From Candidatus Brocadia sp. (lineage in GTDB: Bacteria > Planctomycetota > Brocadiia > Brocadiales > Brocadiaceae), in assembly GCA_021650915.1 (NCBI GenBank), contig CP091279.1, positions 960,001 to 992,000 of the forward strand: 32,000 bases of DNA, in the 5' to 3' direction. The position numbers and the translations under genes were made by a program. Under the pieces are notes generated by a model. It made no database searches. It was not told the DNA's origin and saw only the letters and a list, made by a program, of their open reading frames with translations. Shown here one piece after another: positions 1-8,675 of the stretch; the stretch's first letter is position 1; every line of letters begins with the position of its first letter.

Positions 1-507
1 CTGTTTGTCCACAGATGTCATAATCAGATCAAAAGTAGAGCCATGGGTAATAAACTTTCTTATATCAATTTTTCCCTCACGTGTCGTCTTAACATAATTG
101 ATATAAGCCAGATACTGATAACCATTCAGTGGATAATTTTTGCCCTCTACCTTTGAACACTGATAATTTGCCCAGCAGGTATTGCGCCATTCCTTTATCT
201 CTATCTTTGGATTTTCAATTCTTATTTTTATCTTTGAAGCAACGTCTGTGCTTCCGAATATCTCGTCTTCTGATCTCTTTAATAGTTCAAGATTATCCCC
301 GCCGAAAATAGCTCTGAACCACCACCGTAATACCCCTTTCAGAGAAGGAACCCGCAATTCAGCGGTTTTTAACTTTTCTTGCCAATTTATTGTTGTCTTT
401 CCTTGTTTATTTTTACGAGTTTCAGAGAATTTTTTACCATCCGCAATTTCCCCATTACTCATCATCAAGGGTGTTATTACCTCTAATTTGAAATTGGCTT
501 TATACAT
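1..507 (-). CDS. cmr1: Type III-B CRISPR RAMP protein Cmr1, N-terminal 169 codons (gene continues beyond left edge)
   Basis: Absent from the ORF track because it runs off the window. The reverse complement of 1-507 is open from ATG (507-505) with RBS GAGAGGAG upstream. It translates to MYKANFKLEVITPLMMSNGE...KTAELRVPSLKGVLRWWFRAIFGGDNLELLKRSEDEIFGSTDVASKIKIRIE. The LRxPSxKGxLRWWFRA and E.FGST motifs match the Cmr1 N-terminal RAMP signature (compare P. furiosus Cmr1 EVRSPSIKGAMRWWFRA...QVFGST). Confidence 0.75.
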   Translation of the reverse strand, partial: MYKANFKLEVITPLMMSNGEIADGKKFSETRKNKQGKTTINWQEKLKTAELRVPSLKGVLRWWFRAIFGGDNLELLKRSEDEIFGSTDVASKIKIRIENPKIEIKEWRNTCWANYQCSKVEGKNYPLNGYQYLAYINYVKTTREGKIDIRKFITHGSTFDLIMTSVDKQ

Positions 508-953
508 AGATAAACTCCTCTCGGCCTATTTTAATACCTGTTCTTATAATTTATGGTTTTGTTTCATAAAGAAAAGAATACCTTTTAAATATTACCGCCA
601 TTAAATGAGGGTGGATTAAGGCGATCTCTAATATCACCGTATCCACCACTCATTCCAGATTTTTATGCTGTCGCTTGTTGGTGGATGCGCTCCGTTTCAT
701 CCACCCTACATAAACGAAGCGAATGTGTGCACAGAATGGAAGGATATCTCTTTCCCGCCCCTGCCGATCCGTAATTCGGCAATGGGTTTGTGCCGATGAA
801 CAGAACCAGATCCGTGACGGAGTGCATGGATGGCCTCCTTGTGTCAAAGTGACAAAATAAAGGCAGCCGTTGATTTCCGGAAAAACTTTCAGCATTCTAT
901 AAACTATTTTCAAAAAAAGGAAACAAAAAATCGACCGCTTCTTTTTTTAATCT

Positions 954-1119
954 CATAGCGCAGCAAGGCCGCAACCAATTCTCCGTTGTGAAAGCGGGGA
1001 GATTGCTTCGGACAAGACCCTCGCAATGACACTGGCTATGTCTTTGATGACATACGGTACGTTGTCATTGCGAGCAAAGCAATCCTTCTCTTATAAACAA
1101 ACGGTACCTTCTGATAAGG
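954..1119 (+). repeat. About 170-bp hairpin-forming dispersed repeat, copy A
   Basis: About 85% identical to the reverse complement of 17761-17935, and the first 59 nt (CATAGCGCAGCAAGGCCGCAACC...GATTGCTTCGGA) are identical. It contains nested inverted repeats GATTGCTT/AAGCAATC and CTCGCAATGACA/TGTCATTGCGAG. Confidence 0.8.
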
Positions 1120-1444
1120 GGTAAATAGGGTTGCAAAAAAAGAAAAATTTTATACGGTAATGTTATAGATATTCCATTTTATTGCACTGGAAGTCTCATT
1201 AACAGATTACGTTTGACATCCCATTCAGACATGTGATACCTTTAATGCTTCTTATTTAAAAACAGCCGGGTATTTATTCTGCGGGAAGAGTTGTGGACGT
1301 TAGTATAAAACATCTGCTGGCGACAAACACATTCAATGCCGTTTTTACGCCTTGTTCCCGAGTATGATGGACATTCATTCCTGTTAATCAAATGCCGGCG
1401 GCTACCAGTGCACTGTTTAATAATCAAGGTTGTTCGCTATACTT

Positions 1445-4213
1445 ATGACAGAGACCAAGATTGACACACCCTGGCATACGTTGCAGATTGATGAGGTAAC
1501 AAAGAATCTTGACACGGATGCAAACGCCGGGCTTAGCCATGACAAGATAGAAGACCGGTTAAAAAAATACGGATATAACCAGCTAGCGGAAAAAGAAGGA
1601 ATATCCCCCCTCCTGCTCTTTTTGGGACAGTTTAATAACTTTATCGTCTGGATACTGATAGCAGCAGCCCTGGTCTCCGGATTTTTAGACGAACGGATCG
1701 ATGCCCTGGCCATTATTGCCATCGTGATAATAAATGCTGTCATCGGCTTTGTCCAGGAATACCGGGCGGAAAAATCGCTTGAAGCCTTGCAAAAAATGGC
1801 GACGCCCTTTTCAAAGGTACTGCGTAACGGCGAAATGCATTCCATCTCTTCCCGAAATATTGTGCCGGGGGATGTAGTATTGCTGGAGGCCGGAGATTAT
1901 GTCCCTGCCGACGGCAGGCTCTGTTCCTCGTTTAGCCTGAGGACACAGGAGGCATCGCTTACGGGAGAATCAACGCCCGTGGACAAATCGACGGAACCAC
2001 TTCACAATGCCTCGCTACCGCTTGGGGACAGAGATAATATGGTATTTATGGGCACTTCGGTAACGGGTGGAAAAGGCACGTGCGTTATCGTAACTACCGG
2101 CATGCACACGGAACTGGGAAAGATTGCGGGGCTTATTCAGGAGGCGGGAAAAGAAGAGACCCCCCTTCAGCGCAAGCTCGAATCGTTTGGGAAAAAACTG
2201 GTCTATCTGTGTCTGGGCATCGTGGCGGTCGTCTTTCTGCTGGAGTTATGGCGGAAAGATCCCCTGCTGGAGGCATTCCTTACCTCGGTAAGTCTCGCCG
2301 TTGCCGCCATTCCGGAAGGGCTGCCGGCCATAGTAACGATCGCCCTGGCGTTAGGGGTGCAGCGCATGGTAAAACGAAACGTGCTGATCAGAAAGCTGCC
2401 GTCAGTGGAAACCCTTGGATGCGCCACGGTCATTTGCTCAGACAAAACCGGCACGTTGACCCAGAATGAGATGACCGTAAAAAAGATATTTGCAAACGGC
2501 AAAACCATCGACGTGTCAGGGACTGGTTACACGCCGGAGGGAGATTTCACGATCAACGGCACACATCTTTCAGAAACTGATCAGCAATTCGCAAAGTTTG
2601 TTTTGGGCATAGGGGTATTATGCAATAACGCCCACCTGAAAAAAGATCATCATGCCTGGACGGTGATTGGCGATCCTACCGAAGGCGCGATTTTGAGCGC
2701 CGCGGCGAAGACGGGTCTCTGGAAGGAAGATTTGCAGAATAATTTTTCCCTTGCTTCAGAAATCCCCTTTGATTCCGACCGGAAGAAAATGTCCACCATC
2801 AGGAATACGCCTCACGCCGTCCTGATGGTTTGCGAAAAAGGCGCAGCGGATGTCATTGTAAAAGATTGCACAAAATTTTACACCGAAGGAGAACTGAGAG
2901 ACCTGACGGAAAATGATGTGCACACGATATTAAACGAAAACAACAAGATGGCCGGCGCTGCCCTGCGCGTGCTCGGAATCGCATTCAAACCTATTGACCC
3001 GGAATCCTTCAGGCAGTCCCCCGATAGCATAGAAAAGGGAATGATTTTTCTGGGCTTGCTGGCCATGATTGACCCTCCCAGACCGGAGGCTAAAGACGCT
3101 GTTGCTACCTGCCATAAGGCAGGGATAACGACCGTTATGATTACCGGAGATCATAAAAATACCGCCAGGGCAATCGGAGATGAACTGGGCTTTCTCGGGA
3201 ATACGAGAAAGGCGATTGACGGTGTGGAACTCGATACAATCTCCGATGAGCTTTTAGAAAAGGAGGCGCCACGAATAGCCGTATATGCCAGGGTCTCCGC
3301 CGAGCACAAGCTCAGGATCGTGAAGGCGTGGAAAAAACAGGGGGCGGTAGTTGCCATGACCGGAGACGGTGTAAACGATGCTCCCGCTGTGAAAGAAGCG
3401 AATATTGGCGTGTCGATGGGCATTACGGGCACCGACGTCACAAAAGAGGCATCCGACATGATCATAACGGACGATAATTTTGCTTCTATTGTAGCGGCCA
3501 TTGAAGAGGGAAGAGGTATCTACGATAATATTAAGAAATCCATTCATTATCTGCTTTCCTGTAACGCAGGAGAGATCATGACAATGCTCTTTGCCTCAAT
3601 ATTTAATCTCCCCCTGCCATTATTCCCGATACAAATCCTGTGGATAAACATTGCTACCGATGGATTACCGGCATTAGCCCTTGGCGTTGACACGGTTGAC
3701 CCGGATATCATGAAACGACCGGCCAGAAGATCCTCGGATCAAATTATTGACAAAGGGCTCGGTTCCCTGGTACTGTTTCAGGGTTTTCTTATTGCCGCCA
3801 GCACCCTTTTTGCTTATTTGTATGTCTTGTTCTCCACAAGTACTGCGAACCCAGGTTATTTATATTATTGGTTTACAAACGAAGTAATGCCGTGTGCGTT
3901 AACGGGCGATATTGACCGGGCAAGGACGGTTGCCTTTTGTGTGATGGTGATCGCCCAGCTCTTCCATTCTTTTAATTGCCGGAATGCAAGGCGTTCTCTA
4001 TTTAAAATTGGCGTATTTACCAATAAAAAACTGCTACTGGCAACGGGGATTTCTCTGGCCATGCAGATCACCATTATCTCTATTCCGCACGCGAAAGACG
4101 TCTTTAAGGTAACACCCCTTGGATTGCAGGACTGGTTCATCATCTTTGGATTTTCAGTCATCACATTTGTTGTCATGGAAATAATAAAATGGTGTAAGGA
4201 GAGGCGGTCATGA
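1445..4213 (+). CDS. P-type ATPase, P2A (SERCA/PacL-like Ca2+/cation-transporting)
   Basis: The protein carries DKTGTLTQNEM (phosphorylation site), AAIPEGLPAIVTIALALG, MITGDHKNTA and TGDGVNDAPAVKEANIGVSMG, plus multiple TM segments. The ORF track starts at TTG 1430; the first ATG is at 1445 (MTETKID...), so the start is uncertain by 15 nt. Confidence 0.93.
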   Translation: MTETKIDTPWHTLQIDEVTKNLDTDANAGLSHDKIEDRLKKYGYNQLAEKEGISPLLLFLGQFNNFIVWILIAAALVSGFLDERIDALAIIAIVIINAVIGFVQEYRAEKSLEALQKMATPFSKVLRNGEMHSISSRNIVPGDVVLLEAGDYVPADGRLCSSFSLRTQEASLTGESTPVDKSTEPLHNASLPLGDRDNMVFMGTSVTGGKGTCVIVTTGMHTELGKIAGLIQEAGKEETPLQRKLESFGKKLVYLCLGIVAVVFLLELWRKDPLLEAFLTSVSLAVAAIPEGLPAIVTIALALGVQRMVKRNVLIRKLPSVETLGCATVICSDKTGTLTQNEMTVKKIFANGKTIDVSGTGYTPEGDFTINGTHLSETDQQFAKFVLGIGVLCNNAHLKKDHHAWTVIGDPTEGAILSAAAKTGLWKEDLQNNFSLASEIPFDSDRKKMSTIRNTPHAVLMVCEKGAADVIVKDCTKFYTEGELRDLTENDVHTILNENNKMAGAALRVLGIAFKPIDPESFRQSPDSIEKGMIFLGLLAMIDPPRPEAKDAVATCHKAGITTVMITGDHKNTARAIGDELGFLGNTRKAIDGVELDTISDELLEKEAPRIAVYARVSAEHKLRIVKAWKKQGAVVAMTGDGVNDAPAVKEANIGVSMGITGTDVTKEASDMIITDDNFASIVAAIEEGRGIYDNIKKSIHYLLSCNAGEIMTMLFASIFNLPLPLFPIQILWINIATDGLPALALGVDTVDPDIMKRPARRSSDQIIDKGLGSLVLFQGFLIAASTLFAYLYVLFSTSTANPGYLYYWFTNEVMPCALTGDIDRARTVAFCVMVIAQLFHSFNCRNARRSLFKIGVFTNKKLLLATGISLAMQITIISIPHAKDVFKVTPLGLQDWFIIFGFSVITFVVMEIIKWCKERRS

Positions 4214-5886
4214 TGAAGCAACAGCTCATATGCGTAATGTTTTTCATTTCCTTGTTTCTGTATTTCAAGGCAACGTTAGCTGATCCGGAAAGGCCGGGGC
4301 GCCTGCCTTCCGTTTTTCACGAACCTTCTCACAAAAATTTATTGTGTTCAAATGACTCTCCACCAGGGACGCTTAAGGATTGGCTCGTCAGCAGAAACGC
4401 GAAAATGAGTTCTGCAACGGCTTTCACCCTGCCGGTACTGGACAAGCAGGTTTCAGGAGATGCCGTTCCGGAAACGGTGCCTCCCATCCTGAGTGAACAA
4501 TCCCAGGTATGCATTTTGTGTCACAGAAATATCACTCCTGGCATCGTAGAAGACTGGCTTACCAGCAGGCATGCAAAAACAACCCCTGCGATGGCTCTCA
4601 CAAAACCCGTGCTGGAGCGGCGGGTTTCAAGCGATACTATTCCGGAAAACTTCAGGTCTGTGGTAGTTGGCTGCTTTGAATGCCACGGACAGAATGCTTC
4701 AGCCCATAAGGATAACTTTGAGCACTTTGGATTCCGGATCAATGTGATTGTTTCACCCAATGACTGCCGGACCTGCCACGTAGTGGAGGCTAATCAATTT
4801 GCCATGAGCAAAAAGGCCCATGCACTGGATAATCTTCAAAAGAATCCCCTGTATCACACCATGGTTGAAACAGGCCTCAGTGCAAAAGGAAGCAGCGACG
4901 GCGCCGTCATTTCCATTACGGCATCAGAAAATTCCAAGGCGGAAAGTTGTTACGGCTGTCATGGCACTGAGGTTACGGTAAAGGGCATGAAGACGATATC
5001 GACCAGCCTTGGAGATATAGATGTTCCAGACCTTGCCAACTGGCCGAATCAGGGGGTAGGAAGGATAAATCCCGACGGGAGTTCCGGGGCGTGCACGGCG
5101 TGTCATCCACGGCATAGTTTTTCCATTGAGATAGCGAGAAAACCATTTACCTGTTCCCAGTGCCATCTCGAACCGGACACGCCGGCATTTGAAGTTTACG
5201 AAGAGAGCAAGCACGGCAATATTTTTAATTCGAAACAGCATGAATGGAACTGGAACAACGTCCCGTGGAGGATCGGAAAGGATTTTCAAGCCCCCACCTG
5301 CGCCACGTGTCACAATAGTCTCATTACCACTTCTGACGGCAGGGTTGTTGCCCAAAGAACCCATGATTTCGGCTCAAGAATGTGGGTGAGGTTGTTTGGG
5401 CTTCCGTACTCCCATCCGCAGCCAAAGAGCGGTCGTACCTATGAAGTCAAGAACAAGGACGGCCTGCCTCTCCCGGTGACATTGAACGGCGAAATAGCTT
5501 CCGAATATCTTATCAGCAACGAGGAACAGACGCGGCGTCAAAATGAAATGAAAACGATATGCCGCAGTTGCCATAATACCGACTGGATCAACGGGCATTT
5601 TGCGAAAATGGACATCACCATTGCGGAAACAGACAAGGCGGTCCTGGCGGCTACACAACTGCTGCAAAAGGCGTGGGGCACAGGATTGGCAGATCCGTCG
5701 AATCCCTTTGATGAGATGATTGAACACGACTGGATAAAACAGTGGCTTTACTATGCCAACTCGGTGCGGTTTGGTTCTGCTATGGGCGGACATGACTACA
5801 CCACCTTTAAAAATGGCTGGCTGGAGTTGACAGAAAATTTGGGTAAGATGCAGGATTTCATGAAAACCCATACCATATCAAAGTAA
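4210..5886 (+). CDS. Octaheme cytochrome c, hydroxylamine oxidoreductase (HAO)-like, secreted
   Basis: It has eight CxxCH motifs (CILCH, CFECH, CRTCH, CYGCH, CTACH, CSQCH, CATCH, CRSCH) and an N-terminal signal peptide (MMKQQLICVMFFISLFLYFKATLA). CTACHPRHSFSIEIARKPFTCSQCHLEPDTPAFEVYEESKHG resembles the HAO-family core. The start ATG overlaps the ATPase stop (ATGA) and has an AAGGAGAGG RBS. Confidence 0.88.
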   Translation: MMKQQLICVMFFISLFLYFKATLADPERPGRLPSVFHEPSHKNLLCSNDSPPGTLKDWLVSRNAKMSSATAFTLPVLDKQVSGDAVPETVPPILSEQSQVCILCHRNITPGIVEDWLTSRHAKTTPAMALTKPVLERRVSSDTIPENFRSVVVGCFECHGQNASAHKDNFEHFGFRINVIVSPNDCRTCHVVEANQFAMSKKAHALDNLQKNPLYHTMVETGLSAKGSSDGAVISITASENSKAESCYGCHGTEVTVKGMKTISTSLGDIDVPDLANWPNQGVGRINPDGSSGACTACHPRHSFSIEIARKPFTCSQCHLEPDTPAFEVYEESKHGNIFNSKQHEWNWNNVPWRIGKDFQAPTCATCHNSLITTSDGRVVAQRTHDFGSRMWVRLFGLPYSHPQPKSGRTYEVKNKDGLPLPVTLNGEIASEYLISNEEQTRRQNEMKTICRSCHNTDWINGHFAKMDITIAETDKAVLAATQLLQKAWGTGLADPSNPFDEMIEHDWIKQWLYYANSVRFGSAMGGHDYTTFKNGWLELTENLGKMQDFMKTHTISK

Positions 5887-5917
5887 GTATTGTTAAATAC
5901 TTTATAAAATAAAACTA

Positions 5918-5946
5918 TTGACAGTTTTTATGAAAATATTTACAAT
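5918..5946 (+). promoter_or_regulatory. Sigma70-like promoter for the Cys-rich protein gene
   Basis: TTGACA (5918-5923), a 17-nt spacer and TACAAT (5941-5946) sit in an AT-rich intergenic region about 45 nt upstream of ATG 5992 (RBS GAGAGGAG). Confidence 0.45.
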
Positions 5947-5991
5947 GCGTAAAATTTATTTTCTTAATTTTTTTAAGAAAGAGAGGAGCGC

Positions 5992-6537
5992 ATGTTGAAC
6001 AAGAAGATCTTTGGGATGATTGCATCAGGAGTTTTGTATGTTAGTATCATGACAATCGCAGTTAATTCGGTATACGCTGAGGATGCAACACACAAGCATA
6101 GTGAAAGCGCAATAGCGCCTGCACATCCGACCGTTGAGGAGTTTGTTTGCCCTTCCTGTAAAGAAGTCCGCGTGAGTCCTGTGAAAGGAAAGACCCTTGC
6201 AACAAAATCAATGGTTTGTCCGGATTGTAAAAACGAGGTAGGAGAGTTCTCCGTCCACAATTGTGACAAGTGTGGGAATGATGTGCTGGTATGCGGGATG
6301 TGCGAGAAGGCTGCCGCTGAATTAAAAACGGCTACGATGGAAGGTAAATGCCCAAAATGCAAACTGGTAAGAAGAAGACCCGTAAAAGGAAGGGCGTTGT
6401 TGGCAGGATGGGAAATGAAATGCCCGGATTGTAAGAAGAAGACGCCGGAGATGCTCATTCAACATTGTGATGAATGCGGCGCGGAATTCCTGACATGTCC
6501 CATTTGCCTGAAAGAACAAGGGAAGGCAAAAAAATAA
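5992..6537 (+). CDS. Secreted cysteine-rich protein, two tandem modules of four CxxC pairs each (zinc-ribbon/rubredoxin-like), function unknown
   Basis: A signal peptide ends in VYA|ED. Module 1 is CPSCK..VSPVKGK..CPDCK..HNCDKCG..LVCGMC and module 2 is CPKCK..RRPVKGR..CPDCK..QHCDECG..LTCPIC. It has a strong RBS and its own promoter. Confidence 0.7.
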   Translation: MLNKKIFGMIASGVLYVSIMTIAVNSVYAEDATHKHSESAIAPAHPTVEEFVCPSCKEVRVSPVKGKTLATKSMVCPDCKNEVGEFSVHNCDKCGNDVLVCGMCEKAAAELKTATMEGKCPKCKLVRRRPVKGRALLAGWEMKCPDCKKKTPEMLIQHCDECGAEFLTCPICLKEQGKAKK

Positions 6538-6570
6538 GGCGAATAATCGCTCTTGATCAAACATTCGTTG

Positions 6571-6606
6571 GGTAGGGTGGATTAAACAAAGATAATCCGC
6601 CCTACC
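6571..6606. terminator. Hairpin between convergent genes (possible bidirectional terminator)
   Basis: GGTAGGGTGGATTA-aacaaaga-TAATCCGCCCTACC forms a 14-bp stem with one G.U pair. It lies between the stop at 6537 (+) and the stop at 6667 (-). The flanks are only modestly U-rich. Confidence 0.5.
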
Positions 6607-6666
6607 TGCGTTCGTTTTAACGAATCATCATATCCCTGTTCATCGCGCTGACTCGTTTCATCTCTT

Positions 6667-7401
6667 TTAGTGGGGGGAAGCCCCATGCGCGGAAGGCATG
6701 TTTTTACTTGCCTCGTATTTTTTGAACTCGTTGAATTGCTCTTCTGCCTCGGCGCTCATGCCTTTTAAGAGATAGACGACGCCTAAATAATTGTGGGCCG
6801 TGCCCAGCTTGGGATCCAGTTCCAGGGCCGTCTTGTGTGCAGCAATGGCCTCGTCTAATTTTTTCTGTTTACCATAGGTTAATCCAAGCTCGTTATAAGC
6901 GGTGGCAAGGTTTGGATTAAGCTCCAGGGCCTTTTTCTGCATCTTAACGGCGTCTTCAAATTGTTCATTCATGCGATAAACAACTCCCAGACTATAATAG
7001 ATCATGGGATCATCGGGTTTTAACTCAAGTTGTTTCCGGTATATCTCACCGGCCTTATCAAACCTCCCCTGAGTATAATATGCCTTGCCGAGCTTTTCAT
7101 AGGCACTCATCATGGTTGGGTCGAGTTCCAAAACCTTTTGCCATGCTGCAATCGCTTCATCAAAACCGCCTTTTTTGATACTTTCCAATCCATAATTATA
7201 ATACTCTGTTGCCGTCATTTTTTCTGGCAAAACGACTTCTCTCCTGACTTCATTTGTATCAGCGCCCTCTTCGCTTATAGCCTCCTTATGCATGACTTCA
7301 CCGGTTTCTGTCGCGTCTTTTTTGCCGCACCCGGAGATAGATAGCCCCACAACAATGCCGGCAACTGCTAACAGTGGCACATTCTTTCCTTTTATTCCCA
7401 T
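6667..7401 (-). CDS. TPR-repeat lipoprotein
   Basis: The lipobox LSISGC follows a hydrophobic N-terminus. About five TPR units are visible (e.g. AIAAWQKVLELDP, AVKMQKKALELNP, AIAAHKTALELDP). Confidence 0.85.
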   Translation of the reverse strand: MGIKGKNVPLLAVAGIVVGLSISGCGKKDATETGEVMHKEAISEEGADTNEVRREVVLPEKMTATEYYNYGLESIKKGGFDEAIAAWQKVLELDPTMMSAYEKLGKAYYTQGRFDKAGEIYRKQLELKPDDPMIYYSLGVVYRMNEQFEDAVKMQKKALELNPNLATAYNELGLTYGKQKKLDEAIAAHKTALELDPKLGTAHNYLGVVYLLKGMSAEAEEQFNEFKKYEASKNMPSAHGASPH

Positions 7402-7551
7402 CTTCTTTTATTCTCCCGACAAAATCCTCTTAAATTCACTCCTATTCATACCTGCCTCAACATTTCATACATCGGTCATGATCGCCCTGTTCGGCAATAT
7501 CCTGCGCCATGCCTCTTGCGTCCCGGAACGCGCGTATACAAAGGTGAGCTT

Positions 7552-8565
7552 CTACGACATCCGCTGTGCCATGAAAGACGCGATCTCTTTAAATATCGTT
7601 TTGTTTTCCACCGGAATTTCATCAATTGTCTTATACGCCTGTTGTACTAAATTCTCCGCAAAGTCCTGCGCATGCTGTATTGCGCCATACTTACGATATA
7701 CATCCAGCACCCATTGTATATCGGCATCCGTGGTTTCATCCCTGGGTTTTAGCATAATGTGCCGCAACTGTTTCTTATCGTCCGCGCCAGCGATCTGCAG
7801 TGCATACGAATATAAGAAGCTTGCCTTGCCTTCCTTCACATCAGAACCGATTACCCCCCCGCGTCCCTTACCATGGGTGAGATCAATGAGATCGTCGCGG
7901 ATCTGAAATGCCGGTCCCATGGTTTTCCCCAGCGTCCATATCTTGTCCACCACCTGTTCCGATACGCCGGATACGATAGCCCCCCCCACCATGCCGCACG
8001 CCAGATAGTAACCGGTCTTGAGCTCTACCATTTTCATATACTTATCGACCGAAAAATCTTCCGCTGCCCGCGCATTAATATCCAGCGCCTGCCCTTCCAC
8101 AGTTTTTTCATAAGTTGAGGTAAGCGCCTGTAACAGGCCTATTTTTTTCCCCACCGATATGGGACTTGCCAAAGTCGTTTTGTAAGCGCACGCAAGCAGG
8201 TAGTCACCGGCATTAATCGCATTGGCAATGCCATACTCCACCCATACCGTAGGCTGATCGCGCCGTACGGTGTCACCATCCTCAATATCGTCGTGGATGA
8301 GGAACATATTGTGCATGGCCTCTATCGCCAGGGCAAAATGGATTGCATCGTGCGGGTTGCCGCCCAACGCCTCACAGGTAATGAGACAGAGCGCCGGTCT
8401 CACCCGTTTTCCCCCGGTTCGCATATGGTGCCAGATGGGTGCACTCAAATAATCGTTACGATGCGGCGGGATGAGCTCTTTTAATAACTCGTCTATCTTT
8501 GCACCATAAATCCTGATGGATTCCTCTATCCGCATATCCAGCCCTAGTCCTTTATACAACTCCAT
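7552..8565 (-). CDS. Polyprenyl diphosphate synthase (short-chain, GGPP synthase-like)
   Basis: The first Asp-rich motif is LIHDDIEDGDTVRR and the second is FQIRDDLID, giving a trans-isoprenyl diphosphate synthase layout. Confidence 0.9.
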   Translation of the reverse strand: MELYKGLGLDMRIEESIRIYGAKIDELLKELIPPHRNDYLSAPIWHHMRTGGKRVRPALCLITCEALGGNPHDAIHFALAIEAMHNMFLIHDDIEDGDTVRRDQPTVWVEYGIANAINAGDYLLACAYKTTLASPISVGKKIGLLQALTSTYEKTVEGQALDINARAAEDFSVDKYMKMVELKTGYYLACGMVGGAIVSGVSEQVVDKIWTLGKTMGPAFQIRDDLIDLTHGKGRGGVIGSDVKEGKASFLYSYALQIAGADDKKQLRHIMLKPRDETTDADIQWVLDVYRKYGAIQHAQDFAENLVQQAYKTIDEIPVENKTIFKEIASFMAQRMS

Positions 8566-8595
8566 AGCATGACATAGTCACGACCAGAAAAGTAA

Positions 8596-8668
8596 TTAGC
8601 AGTAAGCAGTTGACAGTTGACAGTTGACAGTTGACAACGGAAATTTATCATCTTCTGCCTACTGCTAA
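8596..8668 (-). repeat. 14-bp inverted repeat enclosing four tandem heptamers
   Basis: TTAGCAGTAAGCAG (8596-8609) pairs with CTGCCTACTGCTAA (8655-8668), with one mismatch that becomes G.U on the minus-strand RNA. AGTTGAC x4 lies at 8608-8635. The element sits between the efp stop (8676) and the polyprenyl synthase start (8565). Confidence 0.6.
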
Positions 8669-8675
8669 CCGATAC

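Noticed and set aside
129-604. Plus-strand ORFs 129-311 and 182-604.
   Set aside because: They lie antisense to the well-supported cmr1 reading frame, have low-complexity Leu/Phe/Ser-rich products, and lack an RBS.
650-913. 87-aa minus-strand ORF in the cmr1/ATPase intergenic region.
   Set aside because: It spans the GGTGGAT hairpin elements, has no RBS and no recognisable motif. It is more likely non-coding promoter or repeat sequence.
2080-3547. Alternative-frame ORFs inside the ATPase gene (2080-2469, 2203-2508, 2878-3154, 3151-3547).
   Set aside because: They are nested within or antisense to a full-length, motif-rich P-type ATPase frame. Their Arg/Gly/Ser-rich composition is typical of off-frame translation.
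5374-5871. 165-aa minus-strand ORF, plus 4924-5364 and 5973-6458, opposite the cytochrome and Cys-rich genes.
   Set aside because: They lie antisense to frames with strong motif support (8 CxxCH and 8 CxxC), with no independent signals.
8608-8635. Four TTGACA hexamers as a stacked -35 promoter array.
   Set aside because: No -10 element is suitably spaced on the plus strand, and a plus-strand transcript would only be antisense to efp. They are better explained as a by-product of the heptamer repeat.
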